A stretch of 46,714 bases of DNA from Streptomycetaceae bacterium (GTDB lineage: Bacteria; Actinomycetota; Actinomycetes; Nanopelagicales; Nanopelagicaceae), in contig OMHY01000018.1 in assembly GCA_900298985.1 (NCBI GenBank), positions 1-46,714 on the forward strand. The letters run 5' to 3'. Under the pieces are notes generated by a model. The model did not search any database and was not told the DNA's origin. It was given only the letters and a program-made list of their open reading frames with translations. Shown one piece after another: positions 27,980 to 37,369 of the stretch; the first letter of the stretch is position 1; each line of letters opens with the position of its first letter. Made by a program: the position numbers and the translations under genes.

Positions 27980-28492
27980 CTAGTTATTTATAGTTACAGA
28001 ATTAATTGTGACAGCTTGGATTGGTCGATCTTGTGCGCCAGTTTTAACTGTAGCAATAGCATCCACTACTTTTTTAGATGCATCATCTTTCACTTCGCCA
28101 AAAATTGTGTGCTTTCGATTTAACCAAGAAGTTTCAGCTACAGTAATAAAAAATTGTGAACCATTTGTCCCTGGGCCAGCGTTTGCCATTGCTAATAAAT
28201 AAGGACGGTCGAAAACTAACTCGGGGTGAAATTCATCTGCAAATCTATATCCCGGTCCACCTGTTCCAGTTCCAAGTGGATCTCCACCTTGAATCATAAA
28301 TCCAGAAATTACGCGATGGAAAACAGTTCCATCATAAAGATTAGATGAGGTCTTTTGTCCGGTTTTAGGATCTACCCATTCTCTGGCACCAGTTGCTAGT
28401 TCTACAAAATTAGCAACTGTTTTTGGTGCGTGGTTAGGGAACAAATCAATTTTGATATCACCCATATTGGTGTGGAGAATTGCTTGTGACAT
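27980..28492 (-). CDS. cyclophilin-type peptidyl-prolyl cis-trans isomerase
   Basis: 170 aa. Contains [22 protein letters not shown] and HTIFGEV. Confidence 0.93.
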   Translation of the reverse strand: MSQAILHTNMGDIKIDLFPNHAPKTVANFVELATGAREWVDPKTGQKTSSNLYDGTVFHRVISGFMIQGGDPLGTGTGGPGYRFADEFHPELVFDRPYLLAMANAGPGTNGSQFFITVAETSWLNRKHTIFGEVKDDASKKVVDAIATVKTGAQDRPIQAVTINSVTINN

Positions 28493-28571
28493 AGATACCT
28501 CTCTTTTGTAAGATAATCTAGCCTACCTCAGGAAATAAAAACTTACCAAACTAGAGAATGAGTGACTGGCA

Positions 28572-29390
28572 ATGCATCAAAAATCAAAGCTTCAACTTAA
28601 AGTTTTGGCTTCACTTTTTATTCTTGCTGGTGTTTTTTTAAATTTTGGAATTTCCAATTCTCAGGGAACAGTAATTAAAAATGGATCTCCGTGTTTGAAA
28701 TCCCAACTAAATAAGAAAATCAATTATTTAAGCGACACTTTTACTTGTGTTAAATTAAATGGTAAGTATCGCTTCAAGAGCACCGGCTCCGCTATAACTG
28801 ATCCATCAAACACTCCAGCCCAAAATCAAACAACCGGACTAACTTCTGGAAAAATTGTTCCAAATGTAGGGGTGGTTTTTAATCCAGGGGCAACTCAAAC
28901 ACTAGAAGTTTGGGAAGATTTACAATGTCCCTACTGTGCATTATTTGAAACAGTTTCTGGAAAGGATTTGAGAAGTTTAATTTCTGCCGGGAACACAAAA
29001 GTAATATTCCATGTACTTGGTTTTCTTGGTCCTGATTCTTTAGCTGCGGCTAACGCAGTTTATTGTGCAGTTGGGGCAAATAAATTTTTGGATTTAAAAA
29101 CTGTGTTACACAATAATGTGCAAGCCGGATTATTAATGGAAAATTCCGGGATTATGGGAATATTTTTACCAACCTATGAAGCTCAACTAGGTTTAGTAGA
29201 TCAAAATTTTCAAAACTGTGTAAGTGTTAATAAATATCTGCCATTGGTTAGATATTTAAACAACCAAGCTAATCTCAATAGTTTACCTGGAACGCCTGCA
29301 GTTTATCTAAATGGAACACAATTAGATAACCAAACACAACTATTTAACGAAGCAGGTTTTAAAACAGCGGTTGGTTTATCTGCTGTTTGA
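28572..29390 (+). CDS. secreted or membrane-anchored DsbA-like thioredoxin-fold protein
   Basis: 272 aa with an N-terminal hydrophobic segment, and the active-site context EVWEDLQCPYCALFE (CxxC). Confidence 0.75.
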   Translation: MHQKSKLQLKVLASLFILAGVFLNFGISNSQGTVIKNGSPCLKSQLNKKINYLSDTFTCVKLNGKYRFKSTGSAITDPSNTPAQNQTTGLTSGKIVPNVGVVFNPGATQTLEVWEDLQCPYCALFETVSGKDLRSLISAGNTKVIFHVLGFLGPDSLAAANAVYCAVGANKFLDLKTVLHNNVQAGLLMENSGIMGIFLPTYEAQLGLVDQNFQNCVSVNKYLPLVRYLNNQANLNSLPGTPAVYLNGTQLDNQTQLFNEAGFKTAVGLSAV

Positions 29391-30137
29391 TTACAATATT
29401 TTTATTCTTTTTCTAAAATTATTTAAAATCTCTTCATTCCATTCATCCCCACCAACTGTATTACTGCTTTTAAAGACTTGAGGACTAAGACCTTGATTCA
29501 ATAAGTTTTGAATCACCATGATTGATAATAAATTAATAATAGTTGCCCCTAAAACTGTAGAGGTTGGCCCCGCATTGCTTTCTAACTCAGTAAATGAAAT
29601 CAGCGCATCTCCAACTTCACCCTGATTATCAATTACATAATCAGCAATATCCGCTAGTTTTTCATTATTTGCTGTTTTACTAGTAGCGCTACGTGAATGT
29701 TTTAGACTTGTTATTGCAATTACTTTTAATCCTCTTTCTTGAACTTTTTTAGATAGAGTAGTAATTAATGGATTGCCTCCGGAGTTAGAAACTAAAATCA
29801 ATATATCTTTCTCGTTTAATTCATAATTTTTTAAGATATTACCAATTTGATTTGGGTCTCGCTCTAACTTAGTGCTCATAGATGCGTTTTGATGAAGCAT
29901 TAACTCTGGAATTAAAATTGGATAAACATTTGCAAGTCCACCGGCTCGGTAAAACATTTCCTCCGCCATCATGTGAGCGTGTCCGGTACCAAATACATAA
30001 ATCAAGCCACCTTGGGAAATAGTTTCAGTGAGTGCATTTACCGCAGGTTGTAAAGATTGGATACTGTTTTTAAGTTCAGTTAACTTACCTTGAATTTGAT
30101 CTAGATAATTAAAACCTACCTCTATTGGCTCTGTCAT
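29391..30137 (-). CDS. SIS (sugar isomerase/phosphosugar-binding) domain protein, UPF0309-like
   Basis: 248 aa. Contains IYVFGTGHAHMMAEEMFYRAGGL and [12 protein letters not shown], the SIS motifs. ATGA overlap with the upstream permease gene. Confidence 0.75.
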   Translation of the reverse strand: MTEPIEVGFNYLDQIQGKLTELKNSIQSLQPAVNALTETISQGGLIYVFGTGHAHMMAEEMFYRAGGLANVYPILIPELMLHQNASMSTKLERDPNQIGNILKNYELNEKDILILVSNSGGNPLITTLSKKVQERGLKVIAITSLKHSRSATSKTANNEKLADIADYVIDNQGEVGDALISFTELESNAGPTSTVLGATIINLLSIMVIQNLLNQGLSPQVFKSSNTVGGDEWNEEILNNFRKRIKIL

Positions 30138-30946
30138 TTAAGCGAACCTTCAGTAAGTCCAGAAACGACTTGTCTGTTAAATACAAGATATATCAAAACC
30201 ATAGGAATTGTAATTATAGTCAGGGCTGCAAACAGCAATTGATAATCGGTTGCGTGTCTAGAAGAATAGGAAAGTAAACCAACTGGAATGGTTTTATAGG
30301 TTTCGTTTTGAATGTAAAGCATAGCTAATAGAAACTCATTCCAAGATCCTAAAATTGTAAAAATGGCAATAGTCGCAATACCTGGTTTTAATAATGGAAC
30401 TGCAATTGAACTATAAAGTTTCCAATCATTTGCACCATCTATTCTGCCGGATTCAAATAACTCTTTAGGTAAGGAATCTAGATATCCAATGAATAACCAG
30501 GTAGCAAGAGATATTCCTAAGCCGGTATAAGGAATAACTAAAGTAAACCAGTGATCTTTCAAATTAAATTGATCTAGTAATTGATTTTGTGGAATAAAAA
30601 AAGCTTGGATAGGCACTAACAGACCAAAAATAAAGAGTGTTAATATTTTTGATCTTCCCTTAAATTCAAATCTACTAAAAGCAAATGCTGCCATGGAAGA
30701 AACCAGTAATACTAAGCTTGCAGAAATACTGGTTACAACTAGGGAATTAATCACATATCTTCCTAAGTCTCCTTCCTGCCAGGATCTAATAAACACAGAA
30801 AAATCTAGATGTATGGGCAGAGAAAATGGTTTGGCAAAAATATCTTGATTGGATTTTAATGAGGAAGTGAATATCCAAACTAAGGGAATAATAAATACTA
30901 TTGAATAGACTATAAGCACTCCGTGCAAAAATATTCTTCGACTCAT
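30134..30946 (-). CDS. carbohydrate ABC transporter permease (CUT1-type)
   Basis: 270 aa, six TM helices, EAA loop ESGRIDGANDWKLYSSIAVPLLKPG. Confidence 0.88.
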   Translation of the reverse strand: MSRRIFLHGVLIVYSIVFIIPLVWIFTSSLKSNQDIFAKPFSLPIHLDFSVFIRSWQEGDLGRYVINSLVVTSISASLVLLVSSMAAFAFSRFEFKGRSKILTLFIFGLLVPIQAFFIPQNQLLDQFNLKDHWFTLVIPYTGLGISLATWLFIGYLDSLPKELFESGRIDGANDWKLYSSIAVPLLKPGIATIAIFTILGSWNEFLLAMLYIQNETYKTIPVGLLSYSSRHATDYQLLFAALTIITIPMVLIYLVFNRQVVSGLTEGSLK

Positions 30947-30947
30947 T

Positions 30948-31826
30948 TTAATATTCCAAACTAACTTGGTTTTTTCTTCTCATTCTTGAAAAAATTAAAC
31001 CAACTACCACCACTAAAGTGGTCACGATAATTGCTAAGGCGGCACCATATCCAACTTCTTGGTCTTGAAATACTTTTTGCACCATATAGGTAGTGGGTAC
31101 CTCGGTTGCATGAAATGGGCCACCTCCAGTTAATATATAAAATAAATCAAAGCTTTGTATCCCGCCGGTGATACAAATTAAGGCAGCGATTTCAGTGATT
31201 CTTCTAATCATGGGAACTTTTATTTTCCACAATATAGTTTTTTCATCAGCTCCATCCAATTTTGCTGCTTCTACTATTTCTCCCGGAACTCTTTGTAAGC
31301 CAGCATAGAAAATTGCTAAATAGAAACCAGAGAAATTCCAACCAGAAATTAAACAAATCGCCCACATGGAAAAATTTGAATCCCCCAGCCAGATATGAGA
31401 GAAGTTACCTAAACCAATCATCCGCAGAAAACCATTTAATAGACCATAATCAAAATTAAGAATTGATCGCCATAGAACCGAAATTACCACTGTTGGTAAA
31501 AGAACTGGAATGAAAAATAAGACACGGTATTTGTTTAGAGATTTATGGGAGGTAACAATTCCAGCTAACAATAAACCAAATGCAACTTCTAAAATTAAAG
31601 TTGCAACAATATAAAGTAATACATGACCTAGGGAATGAATGAATACTGAATCTGTGAATGCTCTGGTGAAATTACTTATCCAGGCAAATTGAAAACTACC
31701 AAACCCGCTCCAATGAACAAAACTTAAAAGGAAAGTCCCAAGAATTGGAATTAAAACAGTGACCCCGTAAATTATTAATGCTGGTGAAAGAAATAAATAC
31801 GGGGTCGAAGTTTTGTTGGCCTTCAT
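30948..31826 (-). CDS. carbohydrate ABC transporter permease (CUT1-type)
   Basis: 292 aa, EAA loop EAAKLDGADEKTILWKIKVPMIRR. Confidence 0.88.
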   Translation of the reverse strand: MKANKTSTPYLFLSPALIIYGVTVLIPILGTFLLSFVHWSGFGSFQFAWISNFTRAFTDSVFIHSLGHVLLYIVATLILEVAFGLLLAGIVTSHKSLNKYRVLFFIPVLLPTVVISVLWRSILNFDYGLLNGFLRMIGLGNFSHIWLGDSNFSMWAICLISGWNFSGFYLAIFYAGLQRVPGEIVEAAKLDGADEKTILWKIKVPMIRRITEIAALICITGGIQSFDLFYILTGGGPFHATEVPTTYMVQKVFQDQEVGYGAALAIIVTTLVVVVGLIFSRMRRKNQVSLEY

Positions 31827-31838
31827 TAGCCAGACTTC

Positions 31839-33107
31839 TTACTTAGTTTTAAGCGCTGCAGCTGCCTCCGTTAAAGCAGCGTTAGGAGTTTTTACTAAGC
31901 CCAACATCTCTGCAGTTGCCGAGTTCAGTGCATCTGCTTCTTTTTGACCATAACCAGTATCAGGAGGTGGAACAATATGTGTGGCTTTATTAAACATAAC
32001 TACAAGTTTTTGTTCTAAAGCGGTTTGAGAGGAAATGGTGGCATCCTTAGTCAAAGGTGAATAACCAGCTGAAATTAATTCCTTGGTAATTTGAGGAGAA
32101 TACAAAGCTTCAAAAAATTTTGTAACCTGATCAAGGTGTTTAGATTTCGCGTTAAATATATATCCAGTGGTGGTGCCTAATACACTTGATTGATCTCCTA
32201 GACCACCTGGGATTGCAGGTAAATTAAAGAAATCAATATGTTTTTTAGGTGCTTGGTCTTGTGCGATTCCAATTAACCAGGAACCCATAGGTAATAACTC
32301 ACCACCATTGTTAAAGAATTTGGTTTCCGCTTCTTGATCATTTATAGCATTAACATCTGAGTTAACATAACCTTTTTTAACTAAATCTGTAATGTAACCA
32401 AGAGCGGTTGCTAATTTTGGATCTGTAATTGGGGATTTTAAACTTAAAATATTTCCATATAAATCATCACCAATTGTTCTGGAATATAGGTGAGCAAAGA
32501 AATTTCCCGCTACCCATTTGTCTTTATTCCCAATAGAGAAACAGGTTTTACCAGCAGCTTTAAATTTTGCACAAATTGCTATTAAATCCGCCCAGGTTTT
32601 AGGTGGGGTTAAATTATATTTTTTAAATTCATCGGTGTCATACCAAATTACATTTGATACATCAGAACTAAAAGGAAGTATTTGTTGTTTTCCATTTAAT
32701 TGTCCGCGAGATAAAACAGAACTTGATAAATATGTGGTTAATTTTGATTTTGCTAAATAGGGAGCAATATCTGAGCCAAAACCTTGTTGAAAACGTAAAT
32801 TGGAACCTGCCCCAATCCAATCAAAATAAGCGTCTGGGGAATTATTGCCTTTTAAGAGATTAGTCTCGCCTATTGATTCATAAAGCGCACCATCTTGTTG
32901 AACTAGATCAACCTTCCATCCTGGATTAGCTTTTTCATAGATAGCAGCAGCGTCTTTAAATACTTTAAATTGAGTTGCTGCAAAATTTTCTTGTGCAATT
33001 CTAATAACTTGATCCCCGGCATTACTTACATAATTTGGAATAACCAGAAAAGAAGAAGTAACGGCAAGAATCAAAAAATTTCTCTGAGCAAATTTATTTA
33101 GTTTCAC
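31839..33107 (-). CDS. ABC transporter extracellular solute-binding protein (family 1, sugar-type)
   Basis: 422 aa with an N-terminal signal or anchor and no lipobox cysteine. It has the length and composition of a family-1 SBP and sits immediately upstream of the two permeases. Confidence 0.8.
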   Translation of the reverse strand: MKLNKFAQRNFLILAVTSSFLVIPNYVSNAGDQVIRIAQENFAATQFKVFKDAAAIYEKANPGWKVDLVQQDGALYESIGETNLLKGNNSPDAYFDWIGAGSNLRFQQGFGSDIAPYLAKSKLTTYLSSSVLSRGQLNGKQQILPFSSDVSNVIWYDTDEFKKYNLTPPKTWADLIAICAKFKAAGKTCFSIGNKDKWVAGNFFAHLYSRTIGDDLYGNILSLKSPITDPKLATALGYITDLVKKGYVNSDVNAINDQEAETKFFNNGGELLPMGSWLIGIAQDQAPKKHIDFFNLPAIPGGLGDQSSVLGTTTGYIFNAKSKHLDQVTKFFEALYSPQITKELISAGYSPLTKDATISSQTALEQKLVVMFNKATHIVPPPDTGYGQKEADALNSATAEMLGLVKTPNAALTEAAAALKTK

Positions 33108-33173
33108 TATTGAAAAATCCCTTCGTAGAAGCCTACTGAAATAGTAATAATCTACTTAGTTAATTACAAGAGC

Positions 33174-33950
33174 CTATTGAACTTTGAAGGAGACGGTTAC
33201 TGTAGTAGATACAGTTTTATCTATGGAAGAGGTGTCGTAATAACCGCCACCAGAAGTGTCTGTGCTATCAGGGGTAGTAACTTGAAATGGCCCGGAAGAA
33301 ACTGAAACTACAAAACCAACTGATCCACCCACTGCACTTACAATTGAATTAGCACGCAATTGTGCATCTTTCATTGCTTGAGCTAATAATTGTGGGCGTA
33401 ATGAAGGAAGGTTAGAAACATAATATGCAGGGCCGCTGTTATTTATGTTCACACCAGTTTGTAGTAATGCACCAATTCCATTTGAAAGTTTATTTAACAG
33501 TGCAACATCTTTACTTTGTACAGTAATTGCTTGGTTTGCCTGATAAGACAAAATAATGCTAGTTTGGTTTCCATTTTCATTTTTATAATTAGGATTAGTA
33601 GAAACCGCACCATAAGAGATTTGATCTTGGGTGATACCACCGGAAGTTAAATATTTTGTTAAAGCATTTGCGTCTTTATTGACTTTATCTACCGCTGCAC
33701 TTGCAGAAGTTGGTGATGATTCACTGGAAGATAAAGTCCAGATTCCACTATCCGCTGTTGCAGAGGTACTTGCATAACCAGTTACTGTAATAGTGTCAGT
33801 TGATCTAGAAGCAAAACCATTTCCAATTTCATAACCAGCGTATCCAATACCACCAGAAATAATTAACGCTCCTAATATTGCAATCCAAAATCTAAATTGC
33901 AAAGCACGTTGTTTAAATTGAATTTTAGGTTTTACTTCATTTTCGCTCAT
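33174..33950 (-). CDS. SIMPL (DUF541) domain protein, membrane anchored
   Basis: 258 aa with one TM helix (FWIAILGALIISGGIGYAGY). This is followed by ITVTGYASTSATADSG...AMKDAQLRANSI, typical of SIMPL/DUF541. Confidence 0.7.
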   Translation of the reverse strand: MSENEVKPKIQFKQRALQFRFWIAILGALIISGGIGYAGYEIGNGFASRSTDTITVTGYASTSATADSGIWTLSSSESSPTSASAAVDKVNKDANALTKYLTSGGITQDQISYGAVSTNPNYKNENGNQTSIILSYQANQAITVQSKDVALLNKLSNGIGALLQTGVNINNSGPAYYVSNLPSLRPQLLAQAMKDAQLRANSIVSAVGGSVGFVVSVSSGPFQVTTPDSTDTSGGGYYDTSSIDKTVSTTVTVSFKVQ

Positions 33951-34042
33951 GAGATAAGAATACTCCTAGGCTTTTGGTCTATTCACCAGATCGGAAATAA
34001 AGGCTATTCGCCAAAACCACTTTTAGTTGATATTTTACGTGG

Positions 34043-34609
34043 GTGCTTCCAAAGTTATTTAAAGACCATTACCAGAAATTTCCCAAGGAACAAGCAAAGG
34101 CTTTGGAAAAGACTGCCCAGCAAGTTTTAGATCTTTTAAAGGGCTCTACTATGGCAATGGCCTGGGGTATGCCAACTTTTTATATTGGGAAAGATATGGT
34201 CTGCCACGTTGAGGGTTTTAAAAACCATAACTCTTATTTTCCCCATTCTGGTGAGGTTATTGAAGCTTGTGAAAAAGAATTAGCAAAGTATGAAATCACT
34301 AAAGGTTCGGTGCATTTTGATTTAGAAAAGCCTTTAAACAAAGCTTTACTAACTAAAATGATTAGAGTTCGAGTGGATCAAATCAACCAAAGTTACCCTA
34401 AAAAGAATGGTGAATATATCCAGTACCATAAAAATGGTCACATGAAAGTTAGTGGTAAATATAAATCTGGTTTAGAACATGGAAAGTGGGAATGGTTTTG
34501 CCCAGGTGGTTTAACTATGCACACTGGCGAATATAAAAATGGTAAAAAAGTTGGGCTTTGGATTAATTACAACAAACTTGGAAAAATTACTTCGCAAAAG
34601 CAGTATTAA
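34043..34609 (+). CDS. DUF1801 (YdhG-like) domain fused to MORN-repeat (YwqK-like) module
   Basis: 188 aa, GTG start. The N-terminal ~115 aa (MAWGMPTFYIGKDMVCHVEGFKNHNSYFPHSG...GSVHFDLEKPL) look like DUF1801. The C-terminus (GEYIQYHKNGHMKVSGKYKSGLEHGKWEWFCPGGLTMHTGEYKNGKKVGLWINY) consists of MORN-variant repeats. Confidence 0.6.
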   Translation: MLPKLFKDHYQKFPKEQAKALEKTAQQVLDLLKGSTMAMAWGMPTFYIGKDMVCHVEGFKNHNSYFPHSGEVIEACEKELAKYEITKGSVHFDLEKPLNKALLTKMIRVRVDQINQSYPKKNGEYIQYHKNGHMKVSGKYKSGLEHGKWEWFCPGGLTMHTGEYKNGKKVGLWINYNKLGKITSQKQY

Positions 34610-35195
34610 TTAAACTTGTAGCAATTATTGCCATCACCACCGCAATAAATATATCTAAAATTTTCCAAGTTATAGGTTTGGACATCAAAGGTGAGAGCAA
34701 TCTCGCTCCATAACCAAGAGCTGTAAACCAAATAACACTAGCCATGGCGGCGCCAATTGCAAACCACCATCTTTGATTTCCATAATGGCTACCTATAGTT
34801 CCTACTAACAACACAGTATCTAAATAAACATGTGGGTTAAGCCAGGTAAATCCCAATATTGCTATTACTACTTTTTTTCTAGATCTGATTTCTTGATTTG
34901 AAACCGCTAAATATTCGCTCTTAAAGATTTTTCTAATTGAATTAATTGCAAAATATAGTAAATAAGCCGCTCCTATTCCTGCAATTACTCGTAAAGCAGA
35001 TTTATGGGAAGAAACCAACGCTCCCATTCCGGCAGTACCTAAAATAATCAAAATCGCATCTGATAAAGCACAAATAATTACTGAAATTCCCACATAAGAT
35101 TTAGCAAGCCCGAGTTTCAAAAGATAAGCATTTTGGGCACCAATAGCCACAATTAAAGACAAACCAGTAAAGAACCCTGCTAGGCTTACATGCAC
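34587..35195 (-). CDS. LysE/ArgO family basic amino-acid exporter
   Basis: 202 aa. GLSLIVAIGAQNAYLLKLG closely resembles the LysE/ArgO N-terminal motif. Has six TM helices. Confidence 0.8.
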   Translation of the reverse strand: MHVSLAGFFTGLSLIVAIGAQNAYLLKLGLAKSYVGISVIICALSDAILIILGTAGMGALVSSHKSALRVIAGIGAAYLLYFAINSIRKIFKSEYLAVSNQEIRSRKKVVIAILGFTWLNPHVYLDTVLLVGTIGSHYGNQRWWFAIGAAMASVIWFTALGYGARLLSPLMSKPITWKILDIFIAVVMAIIATSLINTAFAK

Positions 35196-35212
35196 ATGAT
35201 TAAATTACCTAA

Positions 35213-36142
35213 TTGCTTACCAAAAGGAAAATATTGAAAGTAAAAAGTTCAAATTGGCTCTTGGGTTATATTGCACTTGGAATAACTTGGGGAAGTTCTT
35301 TTCTCTTTATTAAATGGGGTTTATTGTCTCTCTCCCCTTTGGGTGTTGCTTTTTTCCGTGGTTTTATTGGTGGAATTACTCTAATAATCTATTCATTAAT
35401 CACTAAACAAAAGTTTCCCAAAAAACCAATTGAGTATTTTCATATTGCTGTGGTTGCTTTGTTTTTAAATTCAATCCCTTCTTTTTTATTTGGCCTCGGT
35501 GAAAAACATGTCAGCAGCATTACCGCTGGAATCCTTAATGCCACTACGCCGTTGATGACTATATTGGTCATTTCAATTGCTTTTCGAGAACAGAAAATTA
35601 ATTTAAATCAATGGATTGGCTTGTTGTTTGGATTTCTCGGAGTGTTACTAGTAACAGATGTATTCAATAACAAAAACTCAGGAAGTGTATTTGGAATTTT
35701 AGTTTTGTTACTAGCGACTTTATGTTATGGAATTTCTATGCCTTACTCTCGGCGTTATGTAACCACATTGCCTTACAGTTCTACTGCTTTAGCCACTACT
35801 CAGGTTTGTTCCTCTGTAATCATTTTGCTGCCATTTGTTTTATCTTCACATATCTTAATTTCTTCCTGGAATCTAAAATCAACTTTGGGGATGTTGTTGC
35901 TTGGCGCACTAGGCACAGGTTTTGCTTATATTTGGAATTATAGAAATGTTAAATTAGCGGGCAGTACTATTGCCAGCACAGTTACCTACTTAACCCCAGT
36001 GGTAGCTACAATACTTGGATTTTTGTTTTTGAAAGAGAAGTTACAATCAGTTCAATACTTGGGTGGTATTTTGATCTTAATCTCCGCCGCTTTAGTGCAG
36101 GGAAGAATCAAAATACTCCACACTGCTAAAACCAATAATTAA
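35213..36142 (+). CDS. EamA/DMT family transporter
   Basis: 309 aa, ten TM helices in two EamA repeats (ALGITWGSSFLFIKWG...). The track start is TTG, only 17 nt from the divergent LysE start. An in-frame TTG at 35234 is an alternative. Confidence 0.8.
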   Translation: MLTKRKILKVKSSNWLLGYIALGITWGSSFLFIKWGLLSLSPLGVAFFRGFIGGITLIIYSLITKQKFPKKPIEYFHIAVVALFLNSIPSFLFGLGEKHVSSITAGILNATTPLMTILVISIAFREQKINLNQWIGLLFGFLGVLLVTDVFNNKNSGSVFGILVLLLATLCYGISMPYSRRYVTTLPYSSTALATTQVCSSVIILLPFVLSSHILISSWNLKSTLGMLLLGALGTGFAYIWNYRNVKLAGSTIASTVTYLTPVVATILGFLFLKEKLQSVQYLGGILILISAALVQGRIKILHTAKTNN

Positions 36143-36157
36143 TTCTAAAATATGTAA

Positions 36158-36661
36158 GTGGTTGAAGAACGACAATTTAAGTTAATCAAAAAATTTGGCC
36201 GGGTGGAAATTCGGCAATATCTACCTGTAGTTATGGCAGATGTTTTGGTTAACTCTGAATATAAGAATGCTGCAAATATAGGATTTCGCCCACTAGTTTC
36301 CTATATCTCTCAAAACAATATCGCTATGACCGCTCCAGTAATACAGGAGCAAAATCAAGAAGGAAGTTGGGTGGTCTCCTTTGTTATGCCAAACAATTAC
36401 CAACTTTCAAATCTGCCTTTGCCAAGCAACACCGATGTAACTTTGCGAGAATCGCCTAGTTATTTCGCTGCAGCGCTTCCTTTTTCTGGAATTACAACTT
36501 GGGAAAAAGTTTCTCAAAAAGAAAAAGAATTACAAGATATTCTAAAATCTAATTCCGTATCAATTTTAGGCTCTGTGCAAATTGCTCGTTTTGATCCGCC
36601 TTGGAAACCTGGTTTCATGAGAAGAAATGAAGTTATATTTCCAGTCAATTATCAAGAATGA
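36158..36661 (+). CDS. SOUL heme-binding family protein
   Basis: 167 aa, GTG start. FGRVEIRQYLPVVMA...IAMTAPVIQE...ARFDPPW matches the SOUL/HBP22 pattern. Confidence 0.7.
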   Translation: MVEERQFKLIKKFGRVEIRQYLPVVMADVLVNSEYKNAANIGFRPLVSYISQNNIAMTAPVIQEQNQEGSWVVSFVMPNNYQLSNLPLPSNTDVTLRESPSYFAAALPFSGITTWEKVSQKEKELQDILKSNSVSILGSVQIARFDPPWKPGFMRRNEVIFPVNYQE

Positions 36662-37106
36662 GTTTAAAAAATCTACTAAAACTATTAGCTTTATATTCAG
36701 CAAATGGTCCTGCTTCAACAAACCCTAATTTCTTATATAAATAAATAGCTGGTAGGAATTCCTCTGCAGTTCCAGTTTCCAAATACAAAGAGGTGATCTT
36801 TTTCTGTTTTGCCACATTAATTAGATGTCTCAAAATTAATTCTCCAACACCTCTTCGCAAATAATCTGGATGGGTGCGCATGGATTTGATTTCACCAATT
36901 TGATTTGGGTGTAGTTTTAACGCCCCAATTCCAGTAATTTTTTCTCCCTCCCACGAACTATAAAAAAAGATGTTGGGTTGTTTTAGTTCTTTTAAATCTA
37001 AAGCGAAAACAAATTCCTCTGGAGTAATTGAATGCATTCCTTTTAAATGTAATGCAATTAGTTTTTGGGTTTCTTGGTTTTCTAAGTTATCTTCAATTAT
37101 TAACAC
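36645..37106 (-). CDS. GNAT family N-acetyltransferase
   Basis: 153 aa with acetyl-CoA motif A context RRGVGELILRHLINVAKQK. The GTG start shares one base with the stop of the upstream zinc-ribbon gene. Confidence 0.8.
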   Translation of the reverse strand: MLIIEDNLENQETQKLIALHLKGMHSITPEEFVFALDLKELKQPNIFFYSSWEGEKITGIGALKLHPNQIGEIKSMRTHPDYLRRGVGELILRHLINVAKQKKITSLYLETGTAEEFLPAIYLYKKLGFVEAGPFAEYKANSFSRFFKLILDN

Positions 37107-37369
37107 TATCTATTTCGCCATCGTTCCAATCTCGGGATTTGTTTGATTGCAATGAACTTAATTAAAGGGTTTGTTTTTTGTTGTACTAGTGCGCCCTTAA
37201 CAATTTCAAGCATTTGTTCTAGTGAACAATCAGGGCCAGTAAACTCTCCGTTTTGGTAACAAAGTTTGCACCATTTTTCTGAGGGGTTACCGTGTTTTTC
37301 GAAACCTCGCATATCTCCTTGTCTTTTAGAGATCAGCGGCATTCCACAACTTTGACATTGTTTATTCAT
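37106..37369 (-). CDS. small zinc-ribbon domain protein
   Basis: 87 aa with CQSCGMP...CKLC (two CxxC pairs). SD AAAGGAG lies upstream. Confidence 0.65.
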   Translation of the reverse strand: MNKQCQSCGMPLISKRQGDMRGFEKHGNPSEKWCKLCYQNGEFTGPDCSLEQMLEIVKGALVQQKTNPLIKFIAIKQIPRLERWRNR

